Origin: Limnothrix sp. BL-A-16
Lineage (GTDB): Bacteria > Cyanobacteriota > Cyanobacteriia > CACIAM-69d
Assembly: GCA_041937175.2 (NCBI GenBank)
Contig: CP166615.1
Location: 2,848,001 to 2,912,000, forward strand
Direction: 5' to 3'
DNA: 64,000 nucleotides
Positions within the stretch are counted from its first letter, which is position 1. Every line of letters starts with the position of its first letter. This document shows, one piece after another, positions 21,260-29,914 of this stretch. Both the position numbers and the translations under genes were made by a program. The notes under the pieces are model-generated. The model was not told where the DNA came from and made no database searches. It saw only the letters and a list, made by a program, of their open reading frames with translations.

Positions 21260-21500
21260 TCAGGCTGCGAAACATTGCTCAACGGCAATCATTCGATCGG
21301 GAAAGGCGATCGGGGCGATCGTTTTGCCAGGTTGCAGGATCAGCTGATCGCCATAACCGTCTGCACTAGGCGATCGATAAATTTCCAAATGACGTTGCTC
21401 CAAGTCCACTAACCAATAGTCGGCGATTGCCTCGCGGGCATAGAGTGCGCCTTTGACCTGGCGATCGTAGCGAAACGTCTTGTTTGGTACTTCGATCAAC
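21260..21500 (-). pseudogene. Uma2-family endonuclease, C-terminal fragment only
   Basis: LIEV....RYDR..K..LYA...I.DYWLVDL....LEIYR.P...GY motifs; the N-terminal half is absent. Confidence 0.75.
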
Positions 21501-21588
21501 AAATTTTATCGTTCCCACATTCAACATCAGAATGATGGAAAGTACTATCATTCATGATAATGTAAACAATCAATAATTATCCACGACC

Positions 21589-22716
21589 ATGTTTCAGTTC
21601 GGTATTGAGCATGAGGTCGCGTTGATTAATCCCGAAGGTCAACTGGCGGATTTCTCGCGAGCAAAATTTTCTGAACTAGCTCAAATTATTGAACGCCTGC
21701 CCTCATATGAAAATGATAGTAATCAGCTTCATATTGGAGATGCTGGAATCCGACAGAAGCGATGGTATCTTGAAGGAATGGAGAGATTTTCCAATACAGG
21801 AAAATTGATCGACTTTGTTCCAAAGGGAATCGAAATTAGAACAACAATCCATTCTGACATTCCAAGTGTAATTTCTGAATTAAAAACAAGCTTTCATTTA
21901 TTGCGTAAAGTATCCTTGGAGTTGGGTTTTTCTCCAGTTCTGGTGACATTTAATCCGAATTTGACTATTTTTGATCCCGAGCCTCCTTTTAATGAATATG
22001 AAACAAAATGGCTAGAAGCATTTCCTGAAGAACAAACAGATCATATTGCAATGCTCTCATATGGGCCAGATCTGAACCTGTCGTTAATAGGAATGTCGCC
22101 TGAGGAAATTATTGATACTGGTCAAAAACTGATTTACTACAGTCCTTATATTATCCCCTTTAGCTATAGCTCTCCTTTTTTTAGCGGTTCTCTATGGGAT
22201 GGTTTGTCAATTCGGACATTTATACGAACGGGATTAAGGTCAACGGTTAGGGTTTTTCTAGAGAAGCCTGAACAACAGATTTCTAGTCAGCCAATTTTGA
22301 CAAAGGTAGCGCGTTTGCCAGCGGAAGTGGGTCGCATTGAATTTAAGGCGTTTGATAGTTGTGATGACTTTGCGATATACGCGAGTTTATTAGCCCTGTT
22401 AAAGGGGATTGTGCTGGATAAGTCGTTACTGGGCCGATCGATCCTGCCTGATGTGGCGCTACACCAAACTTCTGCGCGATTTGGATTTGACCATGCGGTG
22501 ATTTTTGACAATGCCAATCAGGTATTGCAAGCGGCTCAATCTGCGTTGAATGACAATGCGGATCCGGATTCGGAGCTTTTGACACCACTGTTCACAAGCC
22601 TGGAGCAGCGAAAAACACGATCACACGAGCTGATTGAATCATTTCATCGGCTCGGCTCGATCGAGAAAGTCCTACAAGATACTTACCAATTGCCGGGGCT
22701 GGACTTCATGGCTTAG
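21589..22716 (+). CDS. Glutamate-cysteine ligase family 2 (GCS2) / carboxylate-amine ligase-like protein
   Basis: FGIEHE, GIEIRT, SSPF, GRIEFKAFD motifs; AT-rich codon usage. Confidence 0.7.
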   Translation: MFQFGIEHEVALINPEGQLADFSRAKFSELAQIIERLPSYENDSNQLHIGDAGIRQKRWYLEGMERFSNTGKLIDFVPKGIEIRTTIHSDIPSVISELKTSFHLLRKVSLELGFSPVLVTFNPNLTIFDPEPPFNEYETKWLEAFPEEQTDHIAMLSYGPDLNLSLIGMSPEEIIDTGQKLIYYSPYIIPFSYSSPFFSGSLWDGLSIRTFIRTGLRSTVRVFLEKPEQQISSQPILTKVARLPAEVGRIEFKAFDSCDDFAIYASLLALLKGIVLDKSLLGRSILPDVALHQTSARFGFDHAVIFDNANQVLQAAQSALNDNADPDSELLTPLFTSLEQRKTRSHELIESFHRLGSIEKVLQDTYQLPGLDFMA

Positions 22717-22800
22717 GAATGTGTAGCGACTGTCGCTTGCTTGGAGAACCGGAGCCTAGGGATGCCTGTGATGCAATCCTTTTTAAGGATAAATTTTATT

Positions 22801-22926
22801 GTTCCCACGTTTATTGTTCCTACGTTCAATGTGGGAATGGATTCCTAGATGCTCTGCGTCGTGCCCCCGCGATTTAGAAGGACGCAGAGCTTCAAAAAAA
22901 CATTCCCATGATCTGCGTGGGAATGA
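22801..22926. repeat. Degenerate REP-doublet (REPIN-like) hairpin
   Basis: GTTCCTACG...GTGGGAATG and CATTCCCA...GCGTGGGAAT outer palindromes with inner GCTCTGCGTC / GACGCAGAGC inverted repeat. Confidence 0.6.
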
Positions 22927-23069
22927 TGAGATGAATTATCCAGCTTTTGATGTGATTGATTTATGGAATTTGGGTAGTGCCGTAATTCAGTAATGATGAG
23001 CTAGTGAAAGCCTTGCAGTGTAAGCGATCAGTGACTGAAAATCATCACCTCACAGGCACTACCGGCTTG

Positions 23070-24581
23070 TTAATTACTCTCAGGCAAGTTTTCACACTGA
23101 TCATCGCGCCATTTTAGCCAAAACCTTAATATATCGACGTAACTAATAACACCACGTAGTTTCAACTTGCTATCTTTTTTGTCACAAACCAAGAAAGAAG
23201 ATGCTGGAGAGTTTCCGTAAAATGGCTTCCAGAAGCTGTCTAAAATATCGGCAACTTTATCGTCTGGCTTTGGGATACAGGGCAGATGTTCAACTTTTGT
23301 CATCATTTCACTGACACTAATTTCACCCAGTTCAGGAAACTCAGGGTGAACGTATTTTTTGATTTTAATGTCTTCTAGAAAGCCAACAACATCACTTTTT
23401 TCAATATCAGTTTCACCACTTTCTAGTACTGGAAAGGAGCGACGCTTAGTCACATCTGAAGCCATCTTGGCAAGACTTAAATCCATTGCATTATTAAGAC
23501 AATCGATTTTTGCAGATCCCATGAGAGCAACTTGATGGACTTTTAAGTCATGCAAGAAATCTTCTTGTCCTTTAATAAACTTCCTTAGAATATCAGTGTA
23601 GGAGACAAAACCCTTTAGCTGTTTATTTTTATCGAGCACAAGCACACCACTAACATATGTCAATCGTCCTGCGCCAATTCTTTGTTTTTCACACAATATA
23701 CCAATAGCCTCCTCGATCATTGATTCTGGGCTGAGATAAACCAACGTACCTGTTCCAAGATGAGGGAAGACACTAGAAATTTTCTCCATGCCTTTACTCA
23801 GTAAGATACGGTTAAGCTTGGTTCGATCAAGATTGATTAGTGAATTTTGGAGCTGATCTAGATCGTCATTACTGGGAGGTAGCTGATCAGCAATGTCGCG
23901 ACGACTTGCAATTCCTAAACATTCATCACCCTCAGGTGCAAGGATTGGAATGTGACGAACGCCTTTAACCATCATTCTGTAGTAGAGATCACTGAAATTC
24001 TGATTGCTGCGGACAGTGACAAGATCCTTGGCAGAAGTCATCAGATCTTTGATTGTATCCTTGGCGCTTGTACAGACCATATCCACTGACTCCTTGAGGA
24101 AACTAGTAATTGTGATGAGACTTTCTTCACTGAAAATGGATATGTCTATCATATTAACGGACACATCTGCTCTTGCCAACTCAATTGACTGAACAAGGGC
24201 ATTTAAAACTTCATCACTATTTCGCTCGACATCATAAATCAGAAGAAGCGAGCTCATTTTTGAAAAAGATAGTGCCTTTAAAATTTCCTCATCAAAGGAC
24301 TTATCTAGAGAAAGGCAGCCATAATCATTTGGTAAGAAAGATACATATGCTTTGGGTTGAGTTAAAAATTCAGTATTTAAAAAAACAGATTTGCTGGTAA
24401 GCAAAACTTGTTGTTCTAGGTCACAGAAAGATTTTTCAATAATCTTTGCCCAAAAACTTTCATTTTCTCCATAACTGATGCATACGTCTATTGGAGAAGA
24501 TTGTATATTTAAACTCAAGTCGGAATCTAAGCTTGAAAGTTCTGATGCTGAGTTGGTCAACTTCTTGAAGATTTCAAACAT
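23070..24581 (-). CDS. TIR-like domain + four CBS domains (two Bateman modules)
   Basis: N-terminal DVCISY...WAKII and DY...S.DEEILKAL resemble TIR; CBS motifs GVRHIPIL/LGIASRRDI, VLVLD/GFVSYTDI, RRSFPVL/VVGFL, GVISYVDI; ATG 5 nt after the protease stop, preceded by AGGA. Confidence 0.75.
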   Translation of the reverse strand: MFEIFKKLTNSASELSSLDSDLSLNIQSSPIDVCISYGENESFWAKIIEKSFCDLEQQVLLTSKSVFLNTEFLTQPKAYVSFLPNDYGCLSLDKSFDEEILKALSFSKMSSLLLIYDVERNSDEVLNALVQSIELARADVSVNMIDISIFSEESLITITSFLKESVDMVCTSAKDTIKDLMTSAKDLVTVRSNQNFSDLYYRMMVKGVRHIPILAPEGDECLGIASRRDIADQLPPSNDDLDQLQNSLINLDRTKLNRILLSKGMEKISSVFPHLGTGTLVYLSPESMIEEAIGILCEKQRIGAGRLTYVSGVLVLDKNKQLKGFVSYTDILRKFIKGQEDFLHDLKVHQVALMGSAKIDCLNNAMDLSLAKMASDVTKRRSFPVLESGETDIEKSDVVGFLEDIKIKKYVHPEFPELGEISVSEMMTKVEHLPCIPKPDDKVADILDSFWKPFYGNSPASSFLVCDKKDSKLKLRGVISYVDILRFWLKWRDDQCENLPESN

Positions 24582-24586
24582 AAATA

Positions 24587-25687
24587 TCAATCCTGTCCTT
24601 GAATTTCATAAATCTCTCGAAGGCAATCCGAAGTAAACTTGTATGTGAACTTCTCAAAATCTTGCTTGAGCTGTGTAGGGAGAGCATTTGAAAAACACTC
24701 ATTTTGCGTCTCAAGTCCCAGGAGCATTAAAACGAAATGCTCAGGGGTAAGACGATCACTGTAATCATACTCTTCTTTGCAAAAAAACTTAAGCATTCGA
24801 GCTTTCATTTCACACTTTACAAATAATTTGCGAAATTCATGCTCTTCAATGTATGGAGAGTCTGGGGAGATTTTCTTGACTTTCCGGATAATTTCCTCAG
24901 TCTTTGACTCATCAATTTTAAACTGAAGTCTGTGCTTAATCGATTTCAAAAAACTTCGCAATATTTCATAAGTTGATTGCTCGCCGTCATTCGATCTCTC
25001 TGGCTTTTTGAGAACATCTGATTGGACACTTTCGTAGAATTTGCCTAAGTCTTCTAGTGATCGTGAAGCCAGAATTGTTTTCGCAATATCCACGTTTTTT
25101 GAAATCGAATCTTTCAAAAAGCCAAAAATATACTCAGCCGGAATTCCTGATGCACCCTCTGACTGTTTACGATCATAGGTTTCATTAACGATTCCGCAAA
25201 CCTTGCCGGTCTTTGGATTCCAAAGTGGGCTACCGCTCCAGCCAGGCTTTATGGGTATATCAGTATTGAGCGATAGCCTCCTAGTACCATCGTCACGCTT
25301 GGTCTCTCCCGTAAATTTAAAGTTTGTTGGACGTTGTTCTTCTTCAAACCCTTCTGGCCATCCCCATCCTGTTAGATCATCATTCTTTGCAATAGATGTA
25401 GAAAGATATATGGAAGGATGTGAACCAATGTCAGTTATACCTAACAATGCCACGTCTAATTCATTGTCTATGTCGTAGAGAATTGCACTTTTTTTATCTT
25501 TCTCGAATGAAACCTGAATATCATTACATCCAATGAAATCACTGTCGTCCTGAGCATCCGAGTCAACTACTACGTGAGCGCAAGTCAACATAAGAGTCGG
25601 GGCAATGAAAAAAGCAACTCCGCGCTTTGGTGAGTCAACTCTTACGATGCAGCTATCGACATCTTCCTGTGTTAAATGCTTTCCCAT
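24587..25687 (-). CDS. Trypsin-like serine protease (Trypsin_2) with uncharacterised C-terminal domain
   Basis: Catalytic triad TCAH(38)VV, LD(78)VALL, GWS(151)GSP; no signal peptide. Confidence 0.88.
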   Translation of the reverse strand: MGKHLTQEDVDSCIVRVDSPKRGVAFFIAPTLMLTCAHVVVDSDAQDDSDFIGCNDIQVSFEKDKKSAILYDIDNELDVALLGITDIGSHPSIYLSTSIAKNDDLTGWGWPEGFEEEQRPTNFKFTGETKRDDGTRRLSLNTDIPIKPGWSGSPLWNPKTGKVCGIVNETYDRKQSEGASGIPAEYIFGFLKDSISKNVDIAKTILASRSLEDLGKFYESVQSDVLKKPERSNDGEQSTYEILRSFLKSIKHRLQFKIDESKTEEIIRKVKKISPDSPYIEEHEFRKLFVKCEMKARMLKFFCKEEYDYSDRLTPEHFVLMLLGLETQNECFSNALPTQLKQDFEKFTYKFTSDCLREIYEIQGQD

Positions 25688-25700
25688 AGTTTTGATAGGC

Positions 25701-26021
25701 TCAATCTTGCTTTGGCTTGGCTGATTCCCATTCCAAGTTTACTTTTATATTTGCTTTGGCCGCACCCTTTACTAAGACAGCAGTCAACTTGCCGGATTCA
25801 ACTGCCAGCTCAAAGCCAAACTCCAGAGAGGCTTTAGATGCTTGTGCCTTACGAACCACATCTCGCAGGGCCACTAGCGTTTGTTCAATCGTGGCAGAAG
25901 CGTCTTTGAAATCAAAAGTAGAAGATGAAACTTTTTGCCGGCCACGCTTAAAAGTTGTTTCAACTTTCAAAGTGGAGTCATCAGGAAGACGAACTGTAAT
26001 GATTTCTGTATCTTCGCTCAT
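25701..26021 (-). CDS. Trypsin-co-occurring domain protein (Trypco1 / CU044_2847-like)
   Basis: 106 aa with LEFGFELAVESGKL...KG...ANIKVNLEW C-terminal motif, 13 nt upstream of the trypsin gene. Confidence 0.8.
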   Translation of the reverse strand: MSEDTEIITVRLPDDSTLKVETTFKRGRQKVSSSTFDFKDASATIEQTLVALRDVVRKAQASKASLEFGFELAVESGKLTAVLVKGAAKANIKVNLEWESAKPKQD

Positions 26022-26109
26022 TGAATTGAACAGCTTACTTCAGTTCAAGCTAGCACTTGAACAAGTGAACGTCAATAAGTCTTGAACTTAACCATTTAAG
26101 GCTGGTGAC

Positions 26110-26125
26110 TGTGATCTGAATCACA
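26110..26125. promoter_or_regulatory. CRP (SyCRP1-type) binding site
   Basis: TGTGATCTGAATCACA = perfect TGTGA-N6-TCACA between the divergent Trypco1 and rimI starts. Confidence 0.6.
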
Positions 26126-26179
26126 AAGAATCTGAGTTTGTGATTAAATTTGCACTGCAACGTAGCTGGATTTATTTCG

Positions 26180-26767
26180 ATGCGATCGCTCTGTTTACAA
26201 CTGCTGAATCATGACCATCTCGATCAATTGGTAGCGATCGACCAGCTCGCCCTGGGCGGCCTGTGGAGCGCCGATACCTATGCCCGCGAACTCGACAGCC
26301 CCAATAGTGATTTGCTCGGGGCGATCGATCCGCAAGGACAACTGATCGGATTTGGTTGTGCTTGGGCCATTGTTGACGAGTGCCACATCACGGCGATCGC
26401 CCTGCGACCGGAATTTCAGCGTCAGGGCTTGGGCCAAACCCTGTTGTGGGGCCTGTTGAGCCTGGCGCGGCAACGGGAAATGAAGCGGGCCACCCTGGAA
26501 GTGCGGCCGAGCAACCAAGCGGCCCTGTCGCTCTACGAAAAATTTGGCTTCCAAGAGGCCGGCCGTCGCAAACGCTACTACGCCGATGGCGAAGATGCGG
26601 CGATCCTGTGGTTAGGCAAGTTGGATTGGCCCCAGTTTGCTCAACAGCTCGATCGCACCGCTGCTGACCTGAGCGATCGACTGGCGCAACATCAATGGCA
26701 GTGGTGGGGAGAGATTGTGCCCCCAGCCGCCGGGGTCGGCAGCCCCCCAAGCCATGCGCTAGATTAA
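26180..26767 (+). CDS. rimI: Ribosomal-protein-alanine N-acetyltransferase
   Basis: DECHITAIA..P..QRQGLG, ATLEVR.SN..A..LY.KFGF...GRRK.YY. Confidence 0.9.
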   Translation: MRSLCLQLLNHDHLDQLVAIDQLALGGLWSADTYARELDSPNSDLLGAIDPQGQLIGFGCAWAIVDECHITAIALRPEFQRQGLGQTLLWGLLSLARQREMKRATLEVRPSNQAALSLYEKFGFQEAGRRKRYYADGEDAAILWLGKLDWPQFAQQLDRTAADLSDRLAQHQWQWWGEIVPPAAGVGSPPSHALD

Positions 26768-27222
26768 AAACCTATCTTTCAATCCTGCCCACCAGGTTCA
26801 CCCAATTTTTGGGATTCACCCCAGTCCGCTGGCTCAATGGGGGTCTGCCAAATTCTGGCTAGCGCTTGAGCTGACCCATGTTTCACGCCCGATCGGGCCG
26901 TTTTGCCGCTGGCCCTTGCCATCAGCAATCCCAAGACCCGATTTTCAACCCAAACGTTCTTTAAAAATCCTCAAAGCATTCATCCATCCATCCCCCAGGA
27001 TCGCCCAAAAGGCTTGATCCCCCCTTACCCCATCAGGGGACAAAATCCCCCGAAAGCTAATGGCAATTTCTCGAGTTCTTGAGCTTGCCAAGGTGAAGGC
27101 GATCGAGTTGGGGAAACCGCCCGATCGCCCCCCAATTGCCGGCCAGGTCAGCCCCAAACTGCCCAAACCGCGCGTGTTAAAATCAGATTTGCCAGCACTT
27201 CGCAGGTGATAGGGAACCGCCA

Positions 27223-29712
27223 ATGTTTGAACGCTTCACTGAGAAAGCCATTAAGGTGATCATGCTCGCCCAAGAAGAGGCCCGCCGCCTGGGTCATAAC
27301 TTCGTGGGCACCGAGCAAATCCTTCTCGGACTCATTGGCGAAGGCACTGGTGTAGCCGCCAAAGTCCTGAAATCCATGGGTGTCAACCTCAAGGACGCTC
27401 GGATTGAGGTCGAAAAAATTATCGGTCGCGGCTCCGGTTTCGTGGCTGTGGAAATTCCCTTCACGCCCCGTGCCAAGCGGGTTCTGGAACTGTCGCTCGA
27501 AGAGGCCCGCCAACTGGGCCACAACTACATCGGCACAGAGCACCTGCTGCTGGGCCTGATCCGCGAAGGAGAGGGGGTCGCGGCCCGAGTGCTGGAAAAT
27601 CTGGGCGTTGACCTGTCGAAGGTGCGCACCCAAGTGATTCGGATGTTGGGCGAAACGGCGGAAGTGACCGCTGGCGGCTCCCAAGGCCGCACCAAGACCC
27701 CGACGCTGGATGAGTTTGGGGCCAACCTGACCCAACAGGCCGCTGAAGGCAAGTTGGATCCGGTGGTGGGTCGCCAGAAGGAAATTGAGCGGGTGATTCA
27801 GATTTTGGGTCGCCGCACCAAAAACAACCCGGTGTTGATCGGGGAGCCGGGCGTGGGTAAAACCGCGATCGCCGAAGGATTGGCCCAACGGATTGCCAAT
27901 GGCGATGTGCCCGACATCCTGGAAGACAAACGGGTCGTGACGCTGGATATCGGTCTGTTGGTGGCCGGTACCAAGTATCGCGGGGAGTTTGAAGAGCGCC
28001 TGAAGAAGATCATGGATGAGATTCGCCAGGCCGGTAACGTGATCCTGGTGATCGATGAAGTCCATACCCTGATTGGGGCCGGCGCGGCCGAAGGGGCGAT
28101 CGATGCCGCCAACATACTGAAGCCAGCCCTCGCACGGGGCGAATTGCAGTGCATTGGCGCAACGACCTTGGATGAATATCGCAAGCACATCGAGCGGGAT
28201 GCAGCCCTAGAGCGGCGCTTCCAGCCGGTGATGGTGGGCGAGCCGACCGTGGACGAAACGATCGAGATCCTGCGCGGCTTGCGGGAACGCTATGAGCAAC
28301 ACCACAAGCTGAAGATCTCCGATGCGGCCCTGGATGCGGCGGCTAAGCTGTCCGATCGCTATATCAGTGATCGTTACTTGCCCGACAAGGCGATCGACTT
28401 GATCGACGAAGCCGGATCGCGAGTGCGGCTGCTGAATTCCCAACTGCCCCCGGCCGCCAAGGAATTGGATAAGGAGCTGCGGGAAGTCCTCAAGCAAAAG
28501 GACGAAGCCGTGCGATCGCAGGACTTTGACAAGGCCGGCGAGCTGCGCGACAAGGAAATGGAAATCAAGCAGCAAATCCGCAACATCGCCCAAACCAAGA
28601 AGTCGGAAGAGCGCACCGACGACCCCTTGCAGCCGATCGTTGACGAGGAAGACATCGCCCACATCGTCGCCTCTTGGACGGGTGTGCCGGTGAACAAGCT
28701 CACCGAGTCCGAATCCGAAAAGCTGCTGCACATGGAAGACGTGTTGCACCAGCGGCTGATCGGCCAAGACGAAGCGGTGAAGGCCGTGTCCCGTGCCATT
28801 CGTCGGGCCCGCGTCGGTCTGAAGAACCCCAACCGCCCGATCGCCAGCTTCATCTTCTCTGGCCCCACCGGGGTTGGGAAAACCGAGCTGACCAAGGCTT
28901 TGGCGGCCTATTTCTTCGGCTCCGAAGAAGCGATGATCCGCCTCGACATGTCGGAATACATGGAGCGGCACACGGTCTCGAAGCTGATCGGTTCGCCTCC
29001 GGGCTACGTGGGCTACAACGAAGGCGGCCAACTGACGGAAGCCGTGCGTCGTCGCCCTTACACCGTGGTGCTGTTCGATGAAATCGAAAAGGCCCACCCC
29101 GATGTGTTCAACATGCTGCTGCAAATCTTGGAAGATGGTCGCTTGACCGATGCCAAGGGCCGCACGGTGGACTTCAAGAACACCCTGATCATCCTCACCT
29201 CGAACATCGGTTCTAAGGTGATCGAAAAGGGTGGCGGCGGTCTGGGCTTCGAGTTTGGCGAAGACCAAGCCGAGTCTCAGTACAACCGGATCAAGTCCTT
29301 GGTGAATGAGGAGCTGAAGAACTACTTCCGCCCCGAGTTCCTGAACCGCCTGGACGAGATCATCGTCTTCCGCCAACTGAGCAAGGACGAGGTGAAGGAA
29401 ATCGCCGAAATCCTGCTCAAGGAAGTGTTTGCTCGCTTGACCGAGCGCGGCATCACCCTGGCGGTAACCGACAAGTTCCGCGAACGCCTAATCGAAGAGG
29501 GCTTCAACCCCAGCTACGGGGCACGGCCACTGCGTCGGGCAATTATGCGCCTCCTGGAAGATGTGCTGGCGGAGGAAATCCTCTCCGGCCGGATCAAGGA
29601 TGGCGATACGGCAACGATCGACCTGGACGAAGACCGCAACGTGAAGGTGGACGTGACGGCCGGTGCGCCGCCCGCTGAAACCCGCGAGCTGGTGGGTCAA
29701 GGGGCCGAGTAA
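27223..29712 (+). CDS. clpC: ATP-dependent Clp protease ATP-binding subunit ClpC
   Basis: [25 protein letters not shown]; two AAA modules GEPGVGKT and GPTGVGKT. Confidence 0.98.
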   Translation: MFERFTEKAIKVIMLAQEEARRLGHNFVGTEQILLGLIGEGTGVAAKVLKSMGVNLKDARIEVEKIIGRGSGFVAVEIPFTPRAKRVLELSLEEARQLGHNYIGTEHLLLGLIREGEGVAARVLENLGVDLSKVRTQVIRMLGETAEVTAGGSQGRTKTPTLDEFGANLTQQAAEGKLDPVVGRQKEIERVIQILGRRTKNNPVLIGEPGVGKTAIAEGLAQRIANGDVPDILEDKRVVTLDIGLLVAGTKYRGEFEERLKKIMDEIRQAGNVILVIDEVHTLIGAGAAEGAIDAANILKPALARGELQCIGATTLDEYRKHIERDAALERRFQPVMVGEPTVDETIEILRGLRERYEQHHKLKISDAALDAAAKLSDRYISDRYLPDKAIDLIDEAGSRVRLLNSQLPPAAKELDKELREVLKQKDEAVRSQDFDKAGELRDKEMEIKQQIRNIAQTKKSEERTDDPLQPIVDEEDIAHIVASWTGVPVNKLTESESEKLLHMEDVLHQRLIGQDEAVKAVSRAIRRARVGLKNPNRPIASFIFSGPTGVGKTELTKALAAYFFGSEEAMIRLDMSEYMERHTVSKLIGSPPGYVGYNEGGQLTEAVRRRPYTVVLFDEIEKAHPDVFNMLLQILEDGRLTDAKGRTVDFKNTLIILTSNIGSKVIEKGGGGLGFEFGEDQAESQYNRIKSLVNEELKNYFRPEFLNRLDEIIVFRQLSKDEVKEIAEILLKEVFARLTERGITLAVTDKFRERLIEEGFNPSYGARPLRRAIMRLLEDVLAEEILSGRIKDGDTATIDLDEDRNVKVDVTAGAPPAETRELVGQGAE

Positions 29713-29821
29713 CTCTGAACCGAGCGGAACCAAAACACGAAACACGATCGGCTCGATCGCGATCAGGTTTAGTTCAGCTCAGTTCCAGCCCTTGATGGGG
29801 ATGCACTAGTGCTTATTTGTG

Positions 29822-29850
29822 AAAGGGTGGCCTCAACGGGTCGCCCTTTT
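29822..29850 (+). terminator. Intrinsic terminator after clpC
   Basis: AAAGGGTGGCC-loop-GGTCGCCCTTTT hairpin with T-tail. Confidence 0.65.
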
Positions 29851-29914
29851 ACGGTTTTTGCTGGCATTGGCTGGGGCCAGTTCTGGATGCTGATTGGCTG
29901 AATACACTCAGGGA

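Noticed and set aside
27148..29376. Long antisense ORFs (346 and 389 aa) opposite clpC
   Set aside because: Shadow frames expected from strong codon bias in a conserved, highly expressed gene; no recognisable motifs
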